This document shows, piece after piece, positions 27,044-40,616 of a stretch of DNA of 64,000 nt (positions within the stretch are counted from its first letter, which is position 1; every line of letters starts with the position of its first letter). The DNA is taken from contig JAWQFM010000019.1 in assembly GCA_033442325.1 (NCBI GenBank), positions 1 through 64,000 of the forward strand, given 5' to 3'. The notes beneath the pieces are model-generated. The model saw only the letters and a list, made by a program, of their open reading frames with translations, searched no databases and was not told the origin of the DNA. The translations under genes and the position numbers were made by a program. The stretch is from Salpingoeca rosetta (lineage: Eukaryota > Protista > Choanoflagellata).

Positions 27044-28598
27044 AATACGCACACACACACACGTACCCTTGAAGAATTCGCCCTCTCCCGCCACGAGCAG
27101 CTTCTTGCCGATGTTGCCAACGCTCTGCTCCGTCAATTCAATAAAGGGTTCCCGATGAGTGGCAACCTGGTCGGCAATTGTTCGCGATTGGTGTTTCCCC
27201 GAGTTGAGTGCGTGCGTGGGTAAGTGGGTGAGTTCAGTGAGTGAAGGACTGTTGCTCGAACACAGACACACAAACATACAGGCATACAGACACACAGACA
27301 CACAAACATACAGACACACAGACACACGCGTCACTCACTGTCATGACGAGAAGCCGCGGCTTCACAATGCCATCATCCCAGTAGCGAGCGTCCCGCATGT
27401 CCAGGGAGGTGTCGCCTCGCAAGCGGGCTGTGGTGTAGCGTGCACGTGTGCGTACGGACAGGGATAAGAGCAATCAACACACAGACACACATACACAGAA
27501 ATAGAAACAGAAACAGCTCCACACACACACACACACACACACATACATTCACACACACATTCACACACGCACACGCACACACACACACACACACACAGGA
27601 ATACAAGTGTGCACCTGCAATCGGTTCGAAATCAATCTCCGACTTGGCTGCAAGTTTAGCGGCGTAGTCTGCCGGATATTCGCCGTCATCAGGGCCGTGA
27701 AACGATGACGTCTGATCGTGTTGTGTCTTGGAGGACGAAGCCACAGGTCGTGGTTGCTGTTCATCCTGCCGCGGTGCGTCCCACTCCACCACAACCGGCT
27801 TGGACGTGGACTCTGTGTCAGCCTCCGAATCCACAACACACTCACACTCCTGTCGCAGATCGCAGTGAGAAGCAACAGCAGCAATAACAGCGATGAAGCT
27901 TGGTATCGGGAACAAACGCGTGCACGCATGCATCGCGCGCTGGCACATTCACACCAATGCGCATCCACGCGATTTAAACACACACAGACAGGCAGACGCA
28001 GATACAGATATACACACACACGCAGACACAGACACAGGCTTGCACAGACACACAGACACACAGACACAAAGGCACACACACACACACACAGACGCAGACA
28101 CACACACAGGCACGCACAGACACAAGCGCGCTCTCTTTCTCTCGCTTGCTTTGCACTCACTTCACATGTGGTGCGGAAGCCATGGACAACCTTGCCGGTG
28201 GTCTTGTGCACCCCAGAAGCGCACAATCCAATGCACTTTGGTCTCTCCTCCGGGCACTGCCATTTACATCACAGCAATTACCACAGGGACCCATGTCCCA
28301 AGTCAGCAAAGCGCGAGGCGGAAACAACAAGCACCCTCAGTTCATGCACAGGCACAGCTCCCAGCGCAAACCAGCAGCGCAACGGCATGGCACGCACCAG
28401 ACACCGGTTGGGCCCGCTTGGAACAGCGCCACGCGCGCTGCAAGGAGTTGCAGCATCAACCTGCCTCTCGCCAGCCAACGCCAACACCATCAGCAGCAGT
28501 GGCAGCACTGCCAACACCGCCACCGTCACTGCTGCTGCTGGTGCTTTCCTTCGTCTCCTTGTCGGTGTTGCCCGCAGCGGCACCATCATCATCGCCAT
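21662..28598 (-). CDS. Multi-exon double glycosyltransferase: signal/TM anchor + Cys-rich module + PLOD-type GT domain + exostosin (GT47) domain
   Basis: N-terminus RRRRK followed by [26 protein letters not shown] motifs: [65 protein letters not shown]. Exostosin motifs: [64 protein letters not shown]. One exon probably lies in the gap 22363-22462. The 3' end is approximate. Confidence 0.82.
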
Positions 28599-28718
28599 CA
28601 GCTTTGTTGTCCTGCTTCTTGTTCTTCAACCGTCGCGCCGTTGTTAAACGCGCATCAAATCAAAAATCACCACCATAATCTTTTTTGTTGTGTTTGGCGC
28701 CGTTGCAAGAGGACGACG

Positions 28719-30760
28719 ATGTTGTTTGGGCGGCTGGACTGGCTGTGGCACGATGGTGAGTGAGCAGTGGTAGTGGTGCATCGTGTGTGTGTGTGTGTGC
28801 GTGCATGTGTGTGCGTGTGTGTGTGTGAATGAATGTGTGTGAATGTGTGAATGAATGTGTGTGAATGTGTGCATCAAATCATGCACGTCTCCCATGTCTC
28901 CCCCTCTTCCTCCATCTCCTCTTCCCCTCCTCTCTGGCATTGGTCCATGTGTTCATCAATAATCACACGGTCTGTCGTCGCCTTCGCGTCGCCAGGGCGT
29001 GCACCCATCTTCTCCCTCGACACAAGTTGTGACGGGGATCGCCTCGCAACCGCCAGTCAAGGTGCGACCGCCAGCCAGACAGGGTTCCTTGCACGTCTGG
29101 TTCTGTTTCTGATGATCAGCCTTGAGCCATCACCTTTTCCGTCTCCGCGCTTGTGTCCTCGTATACTGACCCATACCAACCCCACATCCCGCTTCATGGC
29201 ATGACGCCGCCCCAACATCCTGACGTTGTGACATACATATGACCACATGTGTCACCTGGTTTCCCCAGATGGGATCCGCTTGTGGCGAGCAAGCTGCATT
29301 GGCAGCCCTGATGCGACCAGGAAGCGTGCAGCTCTGTCGTTCATGTCGGCCCATGAAGGTAAGGTAGTGTGAGCTGTGTGCCCCCCCCCCCTTTACCCAG
29401 GATTGTCTGCCACAAAAGCACACGCTCAAGTGCCGGCTGCTTTCTGTTTGCGCGCTGCTGTGATCTCATCCACCTCCGCCCTTCGCCTCCGTTTCTCAAT
29501 CACCCCTCCCCCGGCCCAACCAGGTGGCGTGAATGTTGTTCGCTGGAGCCCGAAAGACCCCATGCTGCTAGCCTCTGGTGGTGTTGACCACACAATCATT
29601 CTTTGGACCCAAGGTCAGTGGTGTATGCGTCTGCGTGTGTGTGAGGGTGGTGTGGTGTGTGAGGGTGTGTGGTGTGGTGTGGTGTGTGTGTATGTGTTTG
29701 TGAGGGTGTGGTGTGTGTGTATGTGTTTGTGAGGGTGTGTGTGCGTGTGTGAGGGTGTGTGGTGTGGTGTGGTGTGTGTGTGTATGTGTGTGTGTGTGCT
29801 CTCATCAGCTCTTGTGCCGCTCTCCATGACGGCACAACAATGTCGTCTGCAGTCCAAACAAAACCCACCAGCACATTCTCACACTCATGAATGCCATGAC
29901 TTTGTGACACATCGCGCCCACCCTTCGCTTCACCCCGTTTCCACGGCAGAGGACGAGGCGTCGGCGTCCTTTGGAAGTTTGGACGGCCCCAGTGTCGAAG
30001 CGTGGCAGCCAGCAGCAACATTGCGCGGGCACACGGAAGGTCAGGGCACTGCTTTTGTGCAAACCAGCAGCTGTTGCTCAACTGAGGGACACGGGTGTCA
30101 TGAATTCCTTGCTCACATGGCTGTTCGGGCGGTGGCGCTGGTGGGATGTGCTGCGGCAGATGTGCTTGGGCTGGCGTGGTCGCCGGATGGGGACACCCTG
30201 GCGTCCTGCGGCGTCGACAACATGGTGCTGGTCTGGTCCACAGACGGCTTGCTGCTCCACCAGCTCTCTGGCCACAACGGCCACGTCAAGGGCCTGGCGT
30301 GGGACCCGTGCCTCAAATACCTCGCATCGCAGGTGCACGCACATGCCCATATTTGCGCGGTTATTGTGCATGCGAACATGTGTGTGTGTGTGTGTGTGCG
30401 TGTGCGTGTCTCTGTGTGTATGTGTGTATTTATGTGCGTGTATGTGTGTGTGTATTTATGTGCGTGTATGTGTGTGCGTGTATGTGTGTGCGTGTGTGTG
30501 TGTGTGCGCGCGCGTGTGTGTGTGTGCGAAAACACGCGGCATCACTCGTTTGTTCCGAATTGCATTTGTTTTTCTGGCTTGTTGGCGCTAAATCACCTCG
30601 ACTCCAGCAATTCCCAAGCTCATGCTTTGCTTGATGTGCGCGAGTGTGGTGGGCAGGGTGACGATCAAGTCATTGTGTGGAAGACAGACGACTGGACCCC
30701 AGCCGCACACATTGACAAGCAGCTGCGCGATGTATGCACTCGTGCTTGTGTGTGTGTGCT

Positions 30761-30797
<37 letters not shown>

Positions 30798-31017
30798 TTG
30801 TATTTGCGTGTGTGGTTGCGTGTGGTGGTGTTGTGTGTTGGTGTTGTGTGTGGTTGTGGGTACGTGTGTGCGTGTCTTTGTCTTTCGCTGGCCCTTGTCT
30901 GTGTGCATTTAAGGTGTGCACGTCTCACCTCACCGCGTTGCTTTGCCAAGACGACGGGCACGTGCTTGTTCCTCCGTTTGGACTGGTCCACAGATGGCAC
31001 GTACCTTGTCGCAGGTC

Positions 31018-31048
<31 letters not shown>

Positions 31049-31151
31049 GTGTGTGTGTGTGCGCCATGTGCATATCTCCGTTCTTATTGCATGCCTGCAC
31101 GTGCGCGTATATGTGTATCTCACCAGTCCTCACCGCTCAACCCCATCCCCC

Positions 31152-31243
<92 letters not shown>

Positions 31244-32043
31244 TTCGCGTGTTCACGACCAGTGAACGGCCGGAACAACGATGTTCCCGTGGCCATCTGC
31301 ATCGCTCGACAGGTGGGCAGACACCACGCGTGCTGCCTGCGTTGAGTCGCGTGCTTCGGTGTTCGCAGCGTTTGCAGTGTTGACCTTCAGCCTGCCCACC
31401 ACCTCTCACCTCACCTCATCCCATCTTATCTCATCCCATCTTATATCTCGGCGGTGGCAGGAGATGACACGCGAATTCGATCTCGTCGGACACACGCGCG
31501 CCGTCATGTCTGTGGTCGGTCGCCTGTGCTACTGTGCCTTCATTGCACACATGTCATCACACCCTGTCTTGCTTGCATGTGACACCAATGTGCGAGCATA
31601 CCTCTCATCCTTCAACCACCATCGCCATCTCCAGCGATCATCGCCCGTCATCTACGGCGCTCCCGACACACACGCAACGCGCTCGTGCTTCGCTGTCGCC
31701 GGCACAGACGGCACACTCTCGTTCTGGGTACGCAGCAACAAACTTGTGATGGTGTATGTCGTGTACGTGTGCATGTGTGAGCATATGAGCGTGCACATAA
31801 GCGTGTGTGCATGTGCGAATTTCTGTGTGTGTAGTGTGTGTGTGTGTGTGTGTGCGCGTGGTGCTTGCGAATGCTCACATACGGGCATAACAACTGAATT
31901 TGCTTGTCCACTGCTGCGTGTGCGTGCGTGCAGGTGACGGGTGCCAAGCGCGCGTATGCTGTTGTTCACGCTGTTCTGGAGGGCCACATCGTCGACATTG
32001 CATGGGACAAAACAGGTTGGGTACAGCATGAACTGATGCACTT

Positions 32044-32122
<79 letters not shown>

Positions 32123-32360
32123 CTGAGGTGATCTGCAGTGGCTCAGTTGTAGTGGTGGTGCTGTTGCTCTTGTCATGTCACATGGCTGTTGTTTAAACTG
32201 ATGTGAGCATAGTACTGCCCATTAGTTCACCCCAACGTGTGCATCTGGTGGTGCTGTGCCAGGAACAACGGTGCTCGCATGCTCTGCTGATGGCGACGTT
32301 GCGTGCGTTCGATTCAGCAGCAGCGAAATCGGAACCCCACTCCCCAAAGCAGCGCTCACA

Positions 32361-32414
<54 letters not shown>

Positions 32415-35306
32415 GCACACGCACAAGCACACGCACACACACACGCAAGCACACGCACACACACATGTGCATGCATGCGTGGTTGTCTTTGTGCGTGAAG
32501 TAAGAGAGTGTCGTACCGCAACACCGCCCATCTCCGCGACCTGTTCACGCATACCACTGCGTTCGTGTCCACTGCCAGGGCGCGTGCTGCCACGACAATG
32601 AGTGCCAACGGCGACGGAGGATCGGATCTCGGACTGTTGACGGCAGCGGCTGTTGCACTGCAGCAGAGGAGCAACGGGGAAGCAAGCGCCACCACACCCA
32701 GTCACTCGAGCACAGCAGCTGCCACAGCTGTTAGTGGTCAAGGTGGTGGTGTTGATGGCGATCTTGGTGGTGACGACGACGACGGCGACGACGACGACGA
32801 TGACGATGATGATGATGACGACGATCTGGTGGTGAAGAAGAAGACGAGCCGGAATCTGTCGCGTTTGACGATCACAGATGATGATGACGATGACGATGAT
32901 GACGGTGCCGCCAATGGCAGCAGCGCAGCAGCTGGGGGTCGTGGCGACGCGCTGGCCAAAGCCATGGCGCGGTCCATGACCACAGGAATGGCCACGGCAT
33001 CACCGCAGCACACCATCGGCTTCTCTTCGCCGTCGCCAGCGCAAACCACAACCTCGTCAGCGTCATCCACATCAGCATCAGCACGTCGCGCCCCCCAGTC
33101 GGGTGAGGCAGCACTGCACGCGCGTGGGCCCGCTTGTTTTGCGTGCGTGTGTGCGTGTGCGTGCGTCTGTGTGTCTGTGTATGCGTGTGTGTAAACGTCA
33201 GTAGTAGTTTGAATTCTACATTCAACACAAGTTGGCTTGCAAACTGATTCGTAGCTACTTGCCCCTCTCATGTCCCCCAACCACCATATGTCTGATCGCC
33301 ATCCACACCTCCACCACCGCCAGCTGCTGGTGTGCAGAAAGAGAGTCGGACGCGGACGGGGCGGCGTCGCATTGCGCCCATCACGCGCCCGTCAGCCGCC
33401 ATGACGGCTCGAAGGTTTGCTGCGAGCATGAGATGGCTGATGAAAATTGGGCTGTGCGTGGGCTGTGGGCGATTGGGGCAACACCGCGTTGTTGGTGATG
33501 CTGTCAACACTGGCACACCGAACCGCACGCTCGTCTCACTCGTTTTGCTGCTTCTTCTGCTGGTCAATTTTCACACTTTCACAGGCGAAGCACGCCCTTT
33601 GGCGAGGTGAGCATAGACCCTTTGATGTGCTCCGCACCCAACTTGCACACGAAAACACACACATTCACACACATTCACACGCATGTACATGTGTGCAAAC
33701 AGGATGAGCCTTATTGCTTCAACTCACTTCCCTTGTCTGTTCCCGCTTGTTCCTGCTCTCTGCTATGCTGCGCATCAGTCGCCGATAAAGCGTGCTCGAC
33801 ACGAATTGCGGCCGCCGCAGGGCTTTGAGCTCGTCGACGCGTCCATATCACTCGGGGCCGCACTCTTCCACCCGAAACACGACACGTCAAAGGTCTGCTC
33901 ACCACGGCGTGTGTGTGTTTGTGTGTGTATGTGTGTTGTGTGTTGTGTGTGTATGTGTGTTGTGTTTTGTGTGTGTATGTGTGTGCGTGTGTGTGTGTGC
34001 ATGTGTGTGTCAATGTTGATGCAAATTGTGTGCGCGTGCATGTGTGTTTTTCCCATTGCAGCACACTCACACGCCATCACACACCATCCTCGCCCCAAAT
34101 CGCCCTTATATCTGTGCAGGTGCTGCCTGCGCTTGGAACGGCGTCGCCTGTGCGCAACACAACGTTCTTCCTCCCGTCCTCGGCAGCGGCAACGAGGACA
34201 CGGCACATTCGCGTGCAGAACAAGCCGGTGTGATGCACTTGTCAACAGCGAGAGTGCGCGTGTGCATGTTCGTGTGACTCTGTGTGTGTGTGTGCGTGTG
34301 TGTGTGTGTGTGTGTGCCTCTGTGTGTGTGTGCGTGTATGTGTAACTTTGTAAGCGTGGGCAATGGTGTAAGGAAAGCGTAAACGGCAACGGTGCATGTC
34401 ATTCCTTTTCTGTCCATAACAGCTCATTTCATGGCATGCATTGGGTCTGCACTGCAGAAGCGACTTGACGGCTCCCTGGCACTGTATCGCGTCGTGTGCG
34501 TGGAGCAACCCCAATCCACACAAGCGGCACCAACAGCGTCATCAACAATATCAACAGCACCAACGGCACCAACGGCAGCAGCAGCAGCAGCCGTGACTTC
34601 CTCCACGGGACCTGGCGATGTGAGGGAGGTGTGGAGCGTGCCACTATCGCTGCCGTGTATTGCTGCTGTCGGCAGCGAGCGTCACGTGTGCTGCGCAACA
34701 ACAGACGGCTGTCTGCACATCTTCTCCGCAGCCACGGGCCTGCGGTGTGTTGATGTGACGTGTGTGGTGCTTGCTGGCGGCTTTTACATTCTCATTGTAT
34801 GCATATATTTGCATGTGTGCGTGTGTACGTGTGTGTTCATGCTGTTTCGTCTTCTCATCCCAGGCTTTCTCTCCCCTTGTCATTCTCATACTCGTTCGTT
34901 GTGATTGCGACCACGCCCACCGCTACACCCGCACGGTTTCCACTCCCTAGGCTGCTTCCTCCCATGTTTGCCGGAAACGGCGTTGCTGTTCTGCGTCTCG
35001 CTGGCGATCATCTCCTGGTCATCGACTGTACCGCCCGCCTCTCCGTCTGGTGAGCACAACGCAACGCATCCCAGTTGGGTGTGCAGGCATGCTTTGTGTG
35101 ATTTCGTTTCTGTTTTGTTTGTTTTTGTTTGTTCCGGTGTTTCGAAGCCGTTGTAGGTCACGCCCGTGTCTTTGGTCTCTGTTTCAGGAACTTGAACAAA
35201 GGCTGCATCGTACTCCACGCCATCGACTTGTCAGCATTGTGTGCACGTACGTCACACACACGTAGCTGGCATCTCAGCTGTGAGCCCACAAGCACCCAAT
35301 AGCACC

Positions 35307-35355
<49 letters not shown>

Positions 35356-35362
35356 CCAAGAG

Positions 35363-35394
<32 letters not shown>

Positions 35395-35630
35395 AGCACC
35401 CATTCAAAGGCATGCACGTGCCCAGGTTCACAGGTTGGTTGTGCCACTGTTGCCACGTGTTGTCTTCTTGCATCAGGTGCACGTGCATTGCATCAGGAAT
35501 TGGTGGACGCGGCGTATTTGGCCTCGGGAACAGCAGTCGTGTTCTTCAAGAACGCACAGGTGAACACGGATGCACCCCGAGATGCTGCGCCATGCCATAC
35601 GATGGGTGACTCTTGCCTCATCACCCTCTC

Positions 35631-35713
<83 letters not shown>

Positions 35714-36327
35714 CACGCCGCCCTCTTCCCGCTCATCCTCTGACACGTGTGTTTGTGTGTGCTGCATCAGGGCGTGAGCCGCGTGTATGCGTGGCAGCCC
35801 GCGCTGGGTGCGTGGGTGCTTGTTGGCGATGCTGGGTCTGTGCTGCACCTCCTGAGCCACCGCCAGAGCCTGCCCGCCACCCCGGACACATCGCACGCCA
35901 TCGGCAGATTTCGTCCGGCCCTCGCTGTCTCAGATGTGCACGTACGTCACCCATGTCATGATGTCACACTTGCCTGCATGCATTTGTGCAAAGCAAGCTC
36001 CTGTAGCTCACCGTGCGTATGCTTGTGACTGTGCGTGTTTGTTTTATGTGTGCATATGTGTCTGTGTCTGTGTGTGTGTGTGTGTGAACAGCGCCGCTTT
36101 CGGCGAACGCCAGCGCGTCAGCACTTGAACGCAATCAACGCTGCAACCGCCGCCGATAAGGTGGGCACACATCTGCTGCCAGCACTTGAAGCAGCTCTTC
36201 GTGGTTTGCTCGCAGCACAGCAGCAGCAGCAGCCGCAGCAGCCACCGCCGCACTCGCCTATTCCACATTGCCTTTGCTTGCTCCTTTCTTCCTCCTTCCT
36301 GCTTCGTCTCTTTCTTGTCCAACTTAT

Positions 36328-36402
<75 letters not shown>

Positions 36403-37405
36403 ACGGCACCACGACACGACCAGGCTGCGGCGACGTGTGAGCACGTGCTCATGTGTTTGGCGGCGGCGAAAGCGCTGGATGCACAGGAGGATTTTGATGC
36501 TTTCGTTCTTCAATACGCAAAGTGAGCTGTGGTGTCCCTTGCAGAACGCACAACTTGTCATGCTCACCGCAACAACGATGTGCGCACGAATCATCAGTTC
36601 CACGTGTGCTCACTCCCTAGCACGCATGCATGCGTACATCGCACTCCACTCACCCATCCCTCACCACCACCATCATCACCACCATCGCCACCACGACTGC
36701 CACCGCTGCTCAGGGCTGCCGTGTCGTCTGGTCCCGGCACGCGTGACTGGAACGCGCTGGGGGTGCTGTGCTCGCATCTGTTTGGCGACGCACCTGCTGC
36801 CGACCTGGCAGAGAGCCCGTTTGTTCTCAACAGCGCAGACACGCACGCACGCCACAAGCTCCTGAGAAAGGTATTGGGGGGAGGTTGCGGTGTGATGTGT
36901 TGGCGGCCTGTTGTAACGTGGGATGTGTGGTGTGGCGGATTTTGGTGTGGTGGGTGGGTGACATGCCACCAGCTCTGCACATTGAAGCACATGTATGCAC
37001 TGACCCATGGGGTTGCCACCTGCGCCACATGGCTCTCTTCAGGTGCTGGAGGTGTTTTCGACGACAGCGGCGCTGCAACCGATGGTTGAAGACTACTTTG
37101 CGGTGAGCAGACACGTGCAACATGTGCAGGGCACATGTGCAGGGCATGGGTGGAGTGCTCACATGGAGACAATGGCAGCCACGCGTGGAGAAATAGGCCG
37201 ATTGACACGAGCGATAGACACACACACACACACACACAGAGAGACAGACACACACAGACACAGACACACAGACAACAGACACACACACACAGACACACAC
37301 ACATGCCGGTTTGCTCACTGCGTGTCTGTCCTCCCCCATTCACTGCAGCGCTTGGAGAACAGCGAGACGACGATGAACGGGCACGCAATCACCATCACAG
37401 ACTAG
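28719..37405 (+). CDS. HIRA: HIRA histone H3.3 chaperone (WD40 + B domain + C-terminal domain), multi-exon
   Basis: [85 protein letters not shown]; ASF1-binding B motif [14 protein letters not shown] near 33340; last exon [18 protein letters not shown]. Confidence 0.92.
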
Positions 37406-37453
37406 CTGATATCCTTCTCACTCCTCTCTCCACCTCCCTGCTTCTCGTGTAAA

Positions 37454-37454
37454 C

Positions 37455-37510
<56 letters not shown>
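37454..37510. repeat. (GAT)n microsatellite between the convergent HIRA and GST genes
   Basis: Long perfect GAT run. Confidence 0.95.
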
Positions 37511-37512
<2 letters not shown>

Positions 37513-37945
37513 GTACTGTACTTCTTCACTTGTCGTCTCAGTACATAAATACTGGTCTTGTTGTATCGTTTATTGATTGGCCTGCTGCTTGCAGAGGTCT
37601 GCGGCGCACACGTCAATCGCATGCACACGCAGAGAATGCTCATCAACCAGAAACAAAGCAGCGATAGCCGTCACACTTAAAACCACGTGTGAACGAGATG
37701 CTTGCATGCACGCACGTTCACAGAAACAAGGACAAGATTGGAACGCCATCACAAAGGCACAGGAAGGGGTAACGCATGAAGAGAGAGAGAGAGAGAGAGG
37801 GGGCGCCGAGAGCGTGTGCATTGGCGTGTTGGTGCGTGTGTGCGCGCCTTGCTAAGCACATTCACCCCACGCACTCATACACATGCATGCACGCATGCAC
37901 GCATACCAACACGACACAAGTCAGCAGCAGGGAGTGTGTGGTTGC

Positions 37946-39220
37946 TCAGTGCTTGTGGTGCCCGTCGTGGTGGTGGTTGTGGGTCTGCTGCTTGTGCTTC
38001 TGCGCCCAGGAGTGGAGGATGACCTCCTTCGGGTACGCCGTGCCCTTGAACTCGGGCAGCTTGAAGGCGCGCGTGACGTACGCCTGCGCTTCGGGGGCGT
38101 CAGGCGGGATCTTGTACTTCTTCGCGTTCTCCAGCACGGTGAGGGCGTGGTAGAGCTTGGGGATGAGGGCGCAGTCTGCGCGGGTCGGGTGGTCGGCCGA
38201 CAGCCAGGGGTGCTGGATCGAGTCGAGGTACTCGTGCAGCTCAACCATCACCCGGTCAAACGCTACCTTCTTCTTGCTCTCCTTGTTTGCCTCCTGTGGG
38301 TGTGTTTGTGGGGAAGGTGTGTGTGTGTGTGTGGAGCAAGCAACACGACAACGTGTGCGTCAGTGATGATGGAAGACCAAAAGTTCAGCCTATGCACGCA
38401 AGCAAGCACTAGCAAACATGCAGGCACACAAGCAAACATGCAGGCACACAAGCATGCATGTACGCGGCTGGCCTCCCAAGCTCAAAAGCACGCACACACA
38501 CACACACACACACACGCACACACATACACACATGCACACACACGCACACACACATGCACACGCACACAAAGCACACACACACACACATGCACACACCTCG
38601 TTGAAGTAGTATTCCTTGAAGACGCTCATGATGTCCTTGCAGACGTCCATGGAGACGTCGGTGCAGGTGAGGTCTGGTTCTGCAGGGGTGTGCTTCTCGA
38701 GGTAGTCGATGATGGCCTCAGAGTCGGCCACAACCTTGTCGTCAACCTTGACGACAGGCACAAGCCCGGCAGGCGCCATGTCCATGAACCAGTCAGGCTT
38801 GTCCTTCATGTTGATGAAGGTCTCCGTGTGCTCAATGCCCTTGAGCTGCAGCCACATGCACACCTTCTGGCAGAAGGGGCAGTCGCCGCGGCTGTGGCCA
38901 TCCTCGGCCGCCTGCAGTGTATTTGTGATGTGCATGGGTGGGGTGGCGAGGGTATGTGAGGTTCCGTGGACAACACACAGGTGCAGCAGCATCGTGATGT
39001 GGTGATCATAAATGTGTGATGATGAGACGTGATGATGAGACGTGATGACGATCACACCAACAACGCCAAAAGCACAGAGAGAGACAGCAAATACACACAC
39101 ACACACACACAACAGAGGGGCTGCGCTCGAATAGAACAAAAGGCTTCAGGGGAGAACACCAGGCTCCCAATTCACAGTGAGCTGGCTGACCTTGACGTAG
39201 ACTGTGATATCGTGAGGCAT
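37946..39220 (-). CDS. Dehydroascorbate reductase / CLIC-like glutathione S-transferase (3 exons)
   Basis: MPHDITVYVK|AAEDGHSRGDCPFCQKV...KPDWF..MAPAGLVPVV...ADSEAIIDYLE|...ADCALIPKLYH...W, followed by a His-rich tail. Confidence 0.9.
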
Positions 39221-39559
39221 TCTCGCTGCTCTTGGACGTGTGCTTCTGCTTCTTCTTCCTTTTCCTTGGCTTGCTTGCTCGCTTGCTCGCTTTATTGTTG
39301 CTTCTGCTCTGGCTTGCTCGTCGGTGGTGGGTCGGATAAATGCAATGCAACCCAAACAGCACACAGCCGTGAGTGTCACACTCAGTGATGTGTGTGCAAC
39401 TTCCTTCGCTCGCTTGCTTGCGGCTCTTGCTGTGCTTCTTGCAGTGTGTCATCAAATCACGGTTGCAGAAGCAACCCCCCAGCTGTTGCTCACGTCAGCA
39501 ATTCCATCACTATCTTTCCCAGTGTCGTGTCGTATATTGCATTTGACGACAGCATAACT

Positions 39560-40616
39560 TTCGCGTAGCAACGAAAGCAGAAAGCATCGCGCCGCTGCCA
39601 ACCACCACCACACAAGCAATAGTGCCACCACCACGACCAGCCTCGACAGCGCAGAGCGACGATGACCGAAGCAGTCCAGGCGGTTCAGGCCGCCATCGCC
39701 CTGCGCCGTGTTCGCGTCGATGAGCACTTCCGTGACTTTGACCCCCTCCGAGCCGGGCGCATCACCCCGTCCCAATTCCTCAGGTGTTGTGTTGCGTGCG
39801 GTGTTGCGTGTTTTGTTGCGTGTATTGTGTGCTTGAGATGTTGTGTGTGTGTGGTAAGGTGTGTTGTGTTGTGTTGTGTTGTGTTGTGTTGCGTGTTGTA
39901 TGTGTGTGTGTGTGACATGGTGTGTGCGTTGCGTGTTGTATGTGTGTGTGTGGTTGGTGTTGTGCGCGCGCTCGTGTGTGTAGTCTTTGCTGCTCTCATT
40001 GTTGATACTTGCATGTGACGATTGCGTCCATGTGCTGACAACAAACCCACTTGGTTACACCACTACGCTGTACTGATTCATTCACACATTCGCGTAGCAA
40101 CGAAAGCAGAAAGCATCGCGCCGCTGCCAAACCACACCACACAAGCAATAGTGCCACCACCACGACCAGCCTCGACAGCGCAGAGCGACGATGACCGAAG
40201 CAGTCCAGGCGGTTCAGGCCGCCATCGCCCTGCGCCGTGTTCGCGTCGATGAGCACTTCCGTGACTTTGACCCCTCCGAGCCGGGCGCATCACCCCGTCC
40301 CAATTCCTCAGGTGTTGTGTTGCGTGCGGTGTTGCGTGTTTTGTTGCGTGTATTGTGTGCTTGAGATGTTGTGTGTGTGTGGTAAGGTGTGTTGTGTTGT
40401 GTTGTGTTGTGTTGTGTTGCGTGTTGTATGTGTGTGTGTGTGACATGGTGTGTGCGTTGCGTGTTGTATGTGTGTGTGTGGTTGGTGTTGTGCGCGCGCT
40501 CGTGTGTGTAGTCTTTGCTGCTCTCATTGTTGATACTTGCATGTGACGATTGCGTCCATGTGCTGACAACAAACCCACTTGGTTACACCACTACGCTGTA
40601 CTGATTCATTCACACA
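39560..40616 (+). repeat. Near-perfect ~529 bp tandem duplication covering exon 1 and part of intron 1 of the EF-hand gene
   Basis: TTCGCGTAGCAACGAAAGC at 39560 and 40089; ATGACCGAAG at 39662 and 40191. The second copy has a 1-nt deletion in a C run. Confidence 0.92.
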
